Source: Girardia tigrina
Lineage: Eukaryota
Length of the DNA: 54,455 nt
Assembly: GCA_001938485.1 (NCBI GenBank)
Contig: MQRK01231253.1
Coordinates: forward strand, 35,641-90,095
Direction of reading: 5' to 3'
Below, piece by piece: positions 11,772 through 22,978 of this stretch (position 1 is the stretch's first letter; the number at the start of each line of letters is the position of its first letter). Made by a program: the position numbers and the translations under genes. The notes under the pieces are model-generated. The model did no database searches. It worked only from the letters and a program-made list of their open reading frames with translations, and was not told where the DNA came from.

Positions 11772-14700
11772 TTGAGGAGTCGGAAGCAGTATGTGCGCTA
11801 TGAGACTCAGACTGTAGCAGCTGCCGTTTCACGAGAAGCGCCTGAAAGGGAATGTCTCTTATCCAAATTTAGATGTGTGAATGATATCAATAGAGACAAC
11901 AATATTAGTTTAGTGAAAGAATTCAGAGACGTATTTAGTTGGTCTAAATATGATATAGGCTTGGCACGGAACGCTGAGCATAAAATATAGCTTAAAGATA
12001 ATGGCCCGATACAGGAGCAAACAAGGAGAATTCCGGTGGCGCTCCAAGAAAAAGTGGATGAGTTTGTTTAACAGTTGCTACAGAAAAATATTATTCAACC
12101 AAGTCTATCAGAGTGGAACGCTCCTATAGTGATTGTGCCAAAAAAGGACGGAGATATTCGACTTACAGTAGATTACCGGAGACTAAATCAAAAGACTAAA
12201 GTTCCATCATTTCAAATTCCTGACGCACAATAACTTTTTGATATCTTGGGAAGTGCGAAATACTTTAGTACAATTGATTTGGCAGCAGGATATTATAACA
12301 TAAGTCTTGCAGAGTGTGACAGAGAGAAAACAGCGTTTAGTACTAGAAAAGGCCATTGTGAGTTTTTGAGGTTGACAATGGGCTTAGCGGCAGCGCCGGC
12401 AACGTTCCAAAGAGTTATGAAAGCGATATTAAAGGAAGAAGACTGGAGGGAATGCTTGATATATTTAGATGATATTCTAGTTTTTGGGAAGACACAAGAA
12501 GAGCATTTAGTCAGACTGCGAAAAGTATTATCCAAAATCAAAGAAGCCGGTCTAAAGATTGCACCAGTAAAGTGCCAATTTTTTGCAAGGGATGTAAAGT
12601 ACCTGGGCCATAGAGTATCAGCCAATGGAATTTCAATGGATGAAAATAAAATCAAGTGTATCCAAGAGTGGCACACAGCCAGAGTCTCAAGAAGAAATGA
12701 GAAAATTTCTTGGACTTTCCGGATACTATCGCAATTATATTAAAGAGTACGCCAAAATTGTTGCACCATTAGAAGACGCATGTAAAGACTGTTGGAACAA
12801 AGCTAGGACTAGAAAATTACACCCGTTGCAATGGTCAGCCTGTTTGGGTGACGCATTTCTTCATTTGAAACAATGTTTAATGACCGCGCCAATTTTAGCA
12901 GTTCCGAAAAGCTACGACCAATTCATATTGGATACGGATGTATGTGATAACAAGATTAAATGCGTCCTTTCTCAAGTGCAAAGTGGTGATGAAAAAGTAA
13001 TGGTCTACGCTTCGCATAAGTTGTCTACAGCAGAACAACATTATTGAGTGACACGAAAAGAGTTACTGAGTGTCTATAAATACACAAAAATGTTTAGACA
13101 CTATTTATTTGGAAGAAGATTTAGCATAAGAACTGACCACAAAGCTCTATGCTGGATGATGAATAGGAAAACACTGAGTACAAGTCAATTTAGTTCATGG
13201 TTCAATGAATTGAGTGTCTTAGATATGGATATCCAATACCGGAAAGGAGAAGAACATAAGAATGCGGACGCTCTATCCCGAGCGACAGAGCAATGCCAGC
13301 AATGTGCAATGAGCCACGAAAATCCGAAGGCAAAACGAGATGTTAAATATTACAATGAAAATCAAAATGATAAAAAAGCTGTTGTCTACTGCCGGCGGAT
13401 AGCAATGGAAAAAGAAGAGGTCTGTCAGACGGATGATAATAATCTGGCTTTGATAATTAAACTTATGAAAAACAAAAACGTTGAAGATCAATATCCTGGA
13501 GAACTTCAGAATGCAGAAAGAGAAGTCCAGGTGCTATGGAGAAATCGGAAGGACTTGCGATTTAGAGGAGACTTGCTACATATTATTCGCAAAGGGGACT
13601 ATAAACTTCTTTTACCAAAAAATAGAAGAGATGAAATCATCGGCCATGCCAATATGTTGTATGGACACATCGGAGTCAACAAAACAACAGCTCTTTTAAA
13701 GGACAAATTCTACTGGCCAGGTATGTTTTTTTTGATGTTAGAATAAGAATAGAAAATGTAAAGAATGTCAGAGCCGAAAAAATCAACGACCAGACAGAAA
13801 TAAGGCTCATGGATCCTTAAATGCAGGATACCCCTTTGGAACAATATCTATTGATGTAACAGGACCACTGCCAGAAAGTAAAAATGGATGTAGATATATC
13901 CTGGGAATTATTGATAACTTTTCAAAATACCCCATGATGATACCGCTGAGAAATATGACTGCGAAAACGATATGCAAATCCATATTTGACAAGTGGATCG
14001 TGCAATTTGGAATCCAGGACAGGATACACTCAGATAGAGGGACTGCTTTTGGGAGCGAGATTGTACAGGAACTTTGTGCTCTTCTCGGAATTAGAAAATC
14101 TCGGATCTCACCATATTATCCTCAAGGTGACGGGGTAATTGAGAGACTATTTGGAACAGCAAAAGACATGCTTTACGAAACAGCGAAGTCATCTGGATGT
14201 GAATGGGAAGAGGCGATCCCATTTGTTGAATTTGGATTAAGAAATACAATTTGTAGAAGCACTGGATTCTCTCCCTTCGAGGTGATTTTTGGTCGAAAAT
14301 GAGGTCTTTCTACTCGGAAAAGAAAGTGAGTCCAGCAAATGATGGAAACTATTGCAAATATATCACAGAGCTTCAACAAGTGTTACAAGTGGTGATCCAA
14401 CATATCAAGACCAAACAAGAAATTAAAAAGCCAGCTACATCAGGTTCAGGGGGTTGTTTGGCAATTGGTGATCTAGTGCTGGCTAGAATACTACCGCGAT
14501 TCAAAGAAATCGATATGCCGAGATACGAAGGACCATATGCGGTGATCGATAACATGGGAAACATGCATACAGATTAAAAAGGATTAGTGATGGAAGAATA
14601 ATTGAAAGAAATGTGGTGGATATCAAAAAATTGAGAACATCACAAAATGACACGAGAAAATCAGAAAAGGCTATAACAATTATGTCAAAAAGTATCAAAA

Positions 14701-14825
14701 ATGATCATGATGATGTATATGTAGAAGACAAGATGCCAGAGGAAGATCGACGGAATTTTAATGAAACAAGAGTGAGACGCAATCCAGTTCGAGACCGACA
14801 GAAGCCTAAAAGATACAGAAATTAA
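11772..14825 (+). pseudogene. pol: pol (RT, RNase H, integrase with GPY), disrupted
   Basis: WNAPIVIVPKKDGDIRLTVDYR, FSTIDLAAGY, YLDD, LDTD, RTDH, GHIG...FYW, IDVTGPLP, HSDRG, YYPQGDGVIER, EGPY. Confidence 0.95.
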
Positions 14826-14843
14826 GTTGTCGAACAGGGCGAG

Positions 14844-14929
14844 TGTGGAATAATTATGTAAATATTAATGTATTTTAATGTGTGTGTTGTTTTAATAATC
14901 ATTATTGTAAATTGTTAATTCAAATATAT
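14844..14929 (+). repeat. 3' LTR (3'-truncated)
   Basis: TGTGGAATAATTATG...TTCAAATATAT after GAACAGGGCGAG; match to the 5' LTR is lost at a TA tract. Confidence 0.85.
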
Positions 14930-16637
14930 ATATAAATTCAAATATGTATATAAAAATCTTCAAGAAATTCCGTGTAAGAATCCTCAAAATCGTCATTATT
15001 CGAAATCAGTGTTATTTAACCATTTACCGACTTGTACGGTTTTCCATCGATTTCATCGGCTTCTGGGCATCTTTCGGCGAAGGCGCTGTACCGACAGAAT
15101 TGTATTGATGCGGGCTATCCAGATTGTCTACATTCTTAAATGGATTAACTCCAGTTACTCCGCAATTTTGCATTTTATTTGTTGATATTTGCTGATACTA
15201 TTCTTAATAAAGAAAATTTGTAATTTTTACAAAATCGATTTTTAGCAAAATAATTAGTGAATAAGTGATAAAATTCATCATATATCTAATAAATTAGTAT
15301 TTTATTGACAATGTCATAAGAATTTTCACGCAAATCCGTGTAGGAATCCTCAAAATCGTCATTATTCGAAATCGATGTTAATTTAACCATTTACCGACTT
15401 GTACGGTTTTCGATCGATTTCATCGGCTTCTGGGCGTCTTTCGGCTAAGGCGCTGTACTGACAAAATTGTATTGATGCGGGTTATCCAGATTGACCACGT
15501 ACTTAAGTGGATTCACTCCGGTTCTTCCGCAATTTCACATTGAAAAGCGTGACCGACGAACAAACAAACAAACCAACACACTTTTTAGACAAAATATTAT
15601 ATATATATATAACGATAAAAACTGAAAAGATCATTTTAGAATACTAATTTACAAATATTATATGATAGTGGACTTTTGACTTCAAAACAGGGTGGGCGAA
15701 CATATAGACCTGTTGATCAACGTATAAGGATTAGCAAGTAATTAAGCTCCCAATTGTTGACTGAACTAAAACGAGATATTTCCTTTTTGATAACATCATT
15801 AAAAGAAGAATAAACTTGGAAATCTGAATAATAAAAATAGTTTTAATTTTTGTTAGTTTTTTTGTATTTAGCTAAATTTATTTCATTCTTATTCTTCTGC
15901 TTTTGATTTTTTAATTTCGTATGTAAAATTGACCAAATAATTAATATAGTTGATTTATATTAGAATAATCCTCAAGTATTATTACCGTCATAAGAAATCT
16001 TTTGCAATCTTTTCATTAGAAGAATGAAATGTTTTTGTAATTGTCAAGAGCACTCGCTAATTGATTATAACTTTTATTTGAAATAAAGTTATTAAAAATG
16101 AAATTAAACAAGCTTCATGCAATAAGAATTAAAATATTAATCATCCATTTGAGTATATGAGAAATAAACTAAACTCAACACAGCAATTCAAACACAAAAC
16201 ATCAAGAATTCAAAGTATTCTTTAAAAAGATTTCAAAAAACAAAACTTATGGTCCATCACCGACTTAGATCCCTAGCAAAAAAGTTATTGAACCTTACTC
16301 AGCTATAATGAATCACAAATCAATGCAAATATAATCAGATATCTAAATTACTCTGGAAAAGGGGTATTCGGTTTCGTTAAGATTTAAATAAGAATTTAAA
16401 TAAGTTAAGTAAAGAATTTAAATAAGTTAATTTTATATTTCAAAAAATTTAGAATTTGTTAAATTTAGAATTTCGCTATATAAAGGATTCTAAAATAAAG
16501 TAAAATTTATGTTTTCGTAAATTATTGTAAATTAAGTTAAAAAGAAAAAAATAATATCTTAAATATTTTTTTTATAAAGTCAAAAAATCTTAATTTAATT
16601 TAACGATAAAATTGTATATATATATTTATATGATCGT

Positions 16638-16681
<44 letters not shown>

Positions 16682-16807
16682 AATATTTGAAATTTGGTGT
16701 TTGTTTAAAACGTTGAAATTATTATATGCGGTAACTCCGCTAATTGTCAGAAATTGTTAATAAATCAATAAAAGTTTATATTGAATTGAATTATAATATT
16801 TTTGATA

Positions 16808-17491
16808 ATGATGGGAGAAAAGTATGAGCGACTGGATTCTAAGCCATGCCAGAGATGTAACAAGGATATAAACGAGTATGAAGTGACCGGATTGTCGGAT
16901 TGTGAACATCGGTTCTGTCCTGAATGTACTCGAATATCAAGCGACGAAAAGCATTCCAGATGTTCGATTTGTAATGTCGAATATTTATCTTTTCGAGTGA
17001 GTGTCACGATAGAGAGTCTCGAAACAATGGATAATCGATCGAATGGTAACGGCGGTGGTAGTAGTAGCGATGGTCGACAGATGGACTCGTCGCCATCGAA
17101 TCGATTTGGTAATACCGGCCGAGGTCGCGGTTTGCGGTCAAATAATGACAATATGAATGATAATAATAATCGGTCGTTTTTTAAAAGTGTTGAGATAAAA
17201 TTGACTGAAATTAAATTGAAATTAAAGGAATTAGTCGACGTGGAAATAATCGATTTGAAGCGGAACGATTTTATAATGGCGCGTCCGATCAATAAATGTA
17301 TGTTGTATATATATTTACATTCCGATATGTATAATGGTAAAAATATTAACAAAAATAATAAAAACAAAAATAATAAAATCAAGAATAAAAATATTAGTAA
17401 AAATAAAGATAAAATTGAAAATAATGATAACAATAATAACAAAAACAAGAATAAAAATATTAGTAAAAATGATAAAGATAAAAAANAATAA
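16808..17491 (+). CDS. Intronless C3HC4 RING-finger protein with low-complexity G/N/S linker and N/K-rich tail
   Basis: CQRC-x14-CEH-x2-CPEC-x11-CSIC at 16847-16972 is canonical RING-HC spacing; CpG-rich relative to flanks; tail is AAT-repeat derived and has an ambiguous base. Confidence 0.7.
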   Translation: MMGEKYERLDSKPCQRCNKDINEYEVTGLSDCEHRFCPECTRISSDEKHSRCSICNVEYLSFRVSVTIESLETMDNRSNGNGGGSSSDGRQMDSSPSNRFGNTGRGRGLRSNNDNMNDNNNRSFFKSVEIKLTEIKLKLKELVDVEIIDLKRNDFIMARPINKCMLYIYLHSDMYNGKNINKNNKNKNNKIKNKNISKNKDKIENNDNNNNKNKNKNISKNDKDKKX

Positions 17492-18059
17492 AAATAGGAA
17501 ATTTAATCAAAACATAAATGATGATAAAAATGACATTGACGTGACCGAGCACTTTCCTCCCCCCTTGGTGACCCGCAGGGGGTTAATATATGATGAAAGC
17601 TTCCACTGCGCTGCTACTGCAACAAGGGGTCTAAAAATTAGAATCCTCAGACACTTCAGGGTTGAACAGAGACAAAAAAAACTATTCCCGACAAAATGTT
17701 ACATCAAAATATTTTTGTGGCTTTGATAAAATCTTGGTTTTATTTTCAATGTTGTTATGTCGATTGAGGAGGACATAAATCTTAAAGTAACTGAAAAAAC
17801 TAATAATTATATTTTTCTTAAACATCTTTTGCCTTATTAATTACTTCCATTTTTGACAATTTAATTAATACTTCGATTAATTTTTATTATCAGAGTCAAA
17901 CATAAATTTTAGGTCAAATTATACCAAAATATTTATTTTCTCCAATTAAAATTATTCTCTGAATGAAGATAGTAAAAGTTGAGTCGTTTTCAAAACCAAT
18001 CACAAAATTTTACGTATTTTTGCGTGGCTCAAAATTGTAATTGCTGTAAGTAATAAACG

Positions 18060-19660
18060 TACAAATCTTTACCATATACTATCTAAGCCCAAAAATCACC
18101 GGATTTTTTTAATGGCCTTTTAAAACAAATGTGTACAAATATAAACCAATTGTACGATTTGTATAAAATAAAAATTTATATATAATTTCAACCCAGTTTA
18201 ATAATTTATTTCTTATTTTTTGATTATTTATGAGTTGAATAAAAACATTTTTTTATAAATGGCAACAAATATATCAGAGAGAAATATTTTGAAAACATCC
18301 AACTCAATTTATCAGAGATTAATGAATCTCTTTCTGAATTTTCGAAAGTTTATTTGATTTTCAATATGCATCCAAGAATAATGAAAAAATATAATATTGA
18401 CTAAAGATTGCGAGGAAGCTTTTCAAATATTAAAACAAAGGATTAAGATGCCTATCTTGAAAAAGAATTTATACTTTTAGAATTTGTACGGATGCATATC
18501 TCGATACAATCGGAACAGTGTTATCACGAAAGAGAGAATGAATGCGCATGCATCACATAAAATGAAAAAAATACCAGAAGTCTGAAGTAGAAATAGTTTA
18601 CTTCAGCTCTTATCATAATGATACAAAAAGAATGATTGAAAGGAAAATTGTACCAATTAGAGACACACTAAATAAACGGATGAAAGATGATACTTATAAA
18701 GATTGGACATAAATTTTATCATCAATAGAATATATGTTGAAGTGCAAAATTCAAGCTAACACAGAAGACTCACTAGCAGAAATGACATTTGCTAAAAGTT
18801 ATCCAGAAAAAAAGTTATAACATTAAGAAAAAGAGCAAAAATACAATAGAGATAAAATGAATATTTAAAACGGGGACAAAATCCTGATAAAAAAAGAAAA
18901 TGCAACAAAGAAACAAGATCGATGTATGGGTCCATCCACAGTGTATAACCTGACACATGAAAGAAGTTATGAATTGGAGTTAGAAGATGGTTGAAATTTG
19001 ATCAGGAATGCTGAATGGCTAAATCCAATTAAATCGGGTGGAATGTGAGCAATGTTTGATGTGTTTGAATGTTTTGTATTGAATTGGAATTTTATGTCTT
19101 CTACACAGATGGCTGATTAATATCTCAAATCTTATTATCTGAGACTAATTTGATTTAAATTAATATTTAATGCTTAAATACATTTTTAATTTTGAATGAT
19201 TTGATTAATTTTATTTAGAATTTTCAAACAAATAAATCAAATTAATACTTTTAAATAATTAATATTTATTTATATTTAAACTGTTGAAATTCGTGACAAA
19301 TTTTTTAAAGGGTTTTTCTTGTGTCAAATTGGTTCAGATACACTCATACCTCGCTATACGACCGCTCTTTATACGGCTTTTCGCTATAACGGCGTACTTT
19401 AATTATGGCACTTTTTCGATTTTTTTCGTTATACGGCCAAAAAAAATTTTGAAAAAAGTGTGAAAGAAAACATTAATGTACATATTTTCTAGGCCGTATC
19501 TAGGAACGTATCTAGGCCGTATATCGAGGTATGAGTGTATTTAGATTAAAATGATTAATATCTATTCATACCGATTGAAGCTCAACCGTGGATTGTGCAA
19601 AACGTGGTAAAAATGGTGAATATAATAAAAATTATAATTAGAGTGTGAGTTCGCATAACA
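18060..19660 (+). mobile_element. Second Ty3/gypsy remnant: RH/INT fragments, PPT and 3' LTR
   Basis: EAF..LKQ, CTDA..TIGTVLS (RNase H); W..IL..IEY (INT); FKTGDKILIK...MGP...SYEL...IRN; purine tract AAATCGGGTGGAA then LTR 19044-19660 (TGTGAG...TAACA). 5' boundary approximate. Confidence 0.8.
19341..19537. mobile_element. Tigger/pogo-type MITE inserted in the LTR
   Basis: TA TSD; TIR CACTCATACCTCGCTATACG / CGTATATCGAGGTATGAGTG; internal TATACGGC-like repeats. Confidence 0.88.
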
Positions 19661-19799
19661 ACAGATATATTTTAGTATTTCCATTTGTTAAGATAAAATA
19701 GGCACATTTTTAATTTCTTGAATGGTATCATGATTGTTATTGCTGTTAAGAGGTGGATTGTCATTACCACATCATGAACTTGTCGAATTTTTATTTTTT

Positions 19800-20310
19800 G
19801 TGAGAAAATATCCCCATTCAACGAAATAATGAACATTGGAATGAAAGTTTTCGAACAAAAAGTAAGGTTCCATCGTAAAAATAAAAAATAGAGATGTGAT
19901 ATTATTTTTGTCATCAGTTACTAGTGATTTAGGAGAGTGTTTCAATAATTCATTTTATTATGATGACTTTAACATAAAAATATGATGTTTCTGGTATCGT
20001 TTAGCAGTGAGCATACATTGGCGACCATCACATATAAAATGTTTAAGAAAACTTTGGTTGGATCACTTCTTGAAATATTGTCGAAAATGTATCTTGAGCT
20101 GCTCATAGAAGCTTTAGACTCATCTTTAAGTTTTCTTTTAAACTTTCTCATAGTTTTATAGTAAGCCTCAGTTGAGTTGTTATGTTCAACATTTTCAAAT
20201 ATCAGCTCCTATTGAGTCAGGAGACTTGTAAAATTTGGTATATAAATTTGGTACTGACAACTATTCTTGTAGGGTACGTCTTATTATTATAGTGAAAATA
20301 TCCTCAAATT
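19800..20310 (-). pseudogene. Possible Mutator (FLYWCH/MULE) transposase remnant
   Basis: Minus strand shows GYFHY, EHN and FYDGT motifs in the expected order; heavily decayed. Confidence 0.35.
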
Positions 20311-21164
20311 CTGTATAACTTAGTATATTTTTTACAAATAAAACAATTATTAAAACAAATGATAATTTTTAAATTTTTATTTTACTAATTTGTCATCAAT
20401 TTTTGAATTTTTAAAAGTAAATTCCATGATTATTTTAATTAATTTCAACGTGAAATAAATTCCAATAAAACATTATTTACAACGGAAAAGAAATCATAAA
20501 AAAAATCGTAGAAAAGTCTCCTAACACCTTTTTTTAATCTGTACTTGGCTGGTTTGAGATAAATTATAATTAATTAAAATTAAATAATACATTTCTCCTT
20601 ATTGGAGCAAGAACATTTTCAGGTGCTACCTGAAAATATAACACTCAAAAGTTTCACCATAATTTCCCAAATCCATTTCATTTTATTTGAGATTTCATCT
20701 TATAATCACATTTAGTCTTTCCGTTCAAGTTATTTAATAATATATTTTGAAATATTATTTTTAGTATTCATTTATTTATTTATTTATAAAAGATAAAAGT
20801 AATGTCAGGTTCCTGGAACTGAACTTTAGATTACTTTTACGAACATTATAAGTAAAATTTTATACAATAAGTTAAAAATATTTTAATGAATAAATTTTGA
20901 CCAAATGATTGAATAAACAGGAAATTTGTTTATTTTATTGTCATTAATATAGTTTTGCGATAAATATGAATTCTGAAATTTCCGATAACGATAATTGCAT
21001 AAACGCTACCAACAGTACCAAAAACAAAATTTTTTAAACCGAGGTTACTTTGAAATCAAGATGATCAACAAGCTCAAAGTTAAGTATAAGAATAGAATGA
21101 TCAACTTGAGTTCGGAGAACGAGCAGAGTGCTTGGTGCAGCAACAACAGTACGCATACAATTTT

Positions 21165-21470
21165 TCTTTTGCACAAACCATTTATACATAAAAATAAGGA
21201 AAAATAAATATGAATACTTAATTTATTATTTTTTTTGAATTTTCAAAATTGATTTTATAAAATTTTTTTTATTAAAATTTTATCCTGTTCAGATTTTTTT
21301 AAAAAACTTAATTTATTTTTAAAAAAAATCTTCATATCAGACATATTTCAAATATAAAGCTTCTGTTTAATCGTTAAGCATATTTTTAAAAAATCCTAAT
21401 CTAAGCTTTTCATTTTTATTTTATATTCTTATAAAATTTGCATTTTTATAATAATGTTTAAATAATAAAA
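21165..21470 (+). repeat. AT-rich dispersed repeat (inverted copy at ~39825-40205)
   Basis: Shared blocks TTGCAC...TTTATACATAAA, AATATGAATACTTAATTT, TCTTCATATCAGA, TTTTTATAATAATGTTTAAAT. Confidence 0.65.
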
Positions 21471-21662
21471 GGTAGAAAAAAGCAGATGTGCATGCTACCA
21501 CATCACTTCCTCTGGCAAAAATGTGAAATATTTCAGTTTTGGTTTCGATGAACAGAAATGATATATTGTATCACAAAGTTCAATATCGTGGTATAAAAGG
21601 TGAACAACATCAAATTTGCCTTGCAAAACTCTGAGCTATTTGTTCGGAATCGAAAATATATA

Positions 21663-22856
21663 CAGGGTGCGGCAGCTATTTGAGAACAAAATGACATAAA
21701 GTTCAAAAAATGAATATACAACAGAAAAATAACATTTATTACAATTTAAAATTTTACATATATTAACACGNNNNNNNNNNNNNNNNNNNNNNNNNNNNNN
21801 NNNNNNNNNNNNNNNNNNNNNNNNNNNNNNNNNNNNNNNNNNNNNNNNNNNNNNNNNNNNNNNNNNNNNNNNNNNNNNNNNNNNNNNNNNNNNNNNNNNN
21901 NNNNNNNNNNNNNNNNNNNNNNNNNNNNNNNNNNNNNNNNNNNNNNNNNNNNNNNNNNNNNNNNNNNNNNNNNNNNNNNNNNNNNNNNNNNNNNNNNNNN
22001 NNNNNNNNNNNNNNNNNNNNNNNNNNNNNNNNNNNNNNNNNNNNNNNNNNNNNNNNNNNNNNNNNNNNNNNNNNNNNNNNNNNNNNNNNNNNNNNNNNNN
22101 NNNNNNNNNNNNNNNNNNNNNNNNNNNNNNNNNNNNNNNNNNNNNNNNNNNNNNNNNNNNNNNNNNNNNNNNNNNNNNNNNNNNNNNNNNNNNNNNNNNN
22201 NNNNNNNNNNNNNNNNNNNNNNNNNNNNNNNNNNNNNNNNNNNNNNNNNNNNNNNNNNNNNNNNNNNNNNNNNNNNNNNNNNNNNNNNNNNNNNNNNNNN
22301 NNNNNNNNNNNNNNNNNNNNNNNNNNNNNNNNNNNNNNNNNNNNNNNNNNNNNNNNNNNNNNNNNNNNNNNNNNNNNNNNNNNNNNNNNNNNNNNNNNNN
22401 NNNNNNNNNNNNNNNNNNNNNNNNNNNNNNNNNNNNNNNNNNNNNNNNNNNNNNNNNNNNNNNNNNNNNNNNNNNNNNNNNNNNNNNNNNNNNNNNNNNN
22501 NNNNNNNNNNNNNNNNNNNNNNNNNNNNNNNNNNNNNNNNNNNNNNNNNNNNNNNNNNNNNNNNNNNNNNNNNNNNNNNNNNNNNNNNNNNNNNNNNNNN
22601 NNNNNNNNNNNNNNNNNNNNNNNNNNNNNNNNNNNNNNNNNNNNNNNNNNNNNNNNNNNNNNNNNNNNNNNNNNNNNNNNNNNNNNNNNNNNNNNNNNNN
22701 NNNNNNNNNNNNNNNNNNNNNNNNNNNNNNNNNNNNNNNNNNNNNCGTAAGAGTAGCTTCTGCCATGTCTACCAGCAAAAATAAAATTATGTAATTATAA
22801 CACACAAAAAGATATGGTGTCTATATTACGTGTTCTCAAATAGCTGCCGCACCCTG
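21663..22856 (-). mobile_element. Young Tc1/maT-like element, interior lost in an N-gap
   Basis: Perfect 26-bp TIR CAGGGTGCGGCAGCTATTTGAGAACA, TA TSD, ~1.2 kb; minus-strand ATG (MAEATLT...) runs into the gap. Confidence 0.8.
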
Positions 22857-22978
22857 TACATCTGTACAGATTATGAAAAGAGGCAGCATTTATCATTATA
22901 GGAACCTGTCGTTTGATGGCTTCCATTCCTCAATCCTACTGAGAATTGCTTCAGTAAGTTGAATTATATGGTTATCAA

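Larger units (their letters stand above)
9970..14929 (+). mobile_element. Ty3/gypsy LTR retrotransposon, near full-length, decayed
   Basis: 5' LTR 9970-10086 (TG...CA), PBS-like TGGCGTCATGAGCAGGAT at 10088, gag-PR-RT-RH-INT order, purine tract before 3' LTR starting at 14844. Confidence 0.95.
9862..15610 (-). mobile_element. Non-autonomous Helitron-like element with an internal tandem duplication, interrupted by the gypsy element
   Basis: Unit 1 = 9862-9969 + ~14949-15173; unit 2 = ~15209-15541 (clear similarity). Minus strand from ~15610 reads (TA)n-ATAATATTTTG...AAAGTGTG(TTTG)n...CACGC, like Lep1-type Helitron 5' ends; no CTRR 3' end found. Confidence 0.5.

Noticed and set aside
10041-14698. 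Many minus-strand ORFs across the gypsy element
   Set aside because: Antisense shadows of gag/pol with no recognisable motifs.
14949-15541. CRISPR-like or structural RNA repeat
   Set aside because: Two long diverged units with no repeat-spacer pattern and no rRNA/tRNA motifs.
16640-16678. (TA)n tracts (also ~31660, ~32611)
   Set aside because: Ordinary microsatellites on their own.
16765-17448. Hydrophobic 227-aa minus-strand ORF
   Set aside because: Antisense shadow of the RING ORF and its AAT-rich repeat.
21636-22805. 389-aa ORF in the ORF track (and similar ORFs at 51735-52185)
   Set aside because: Length comes from N-gap translation.
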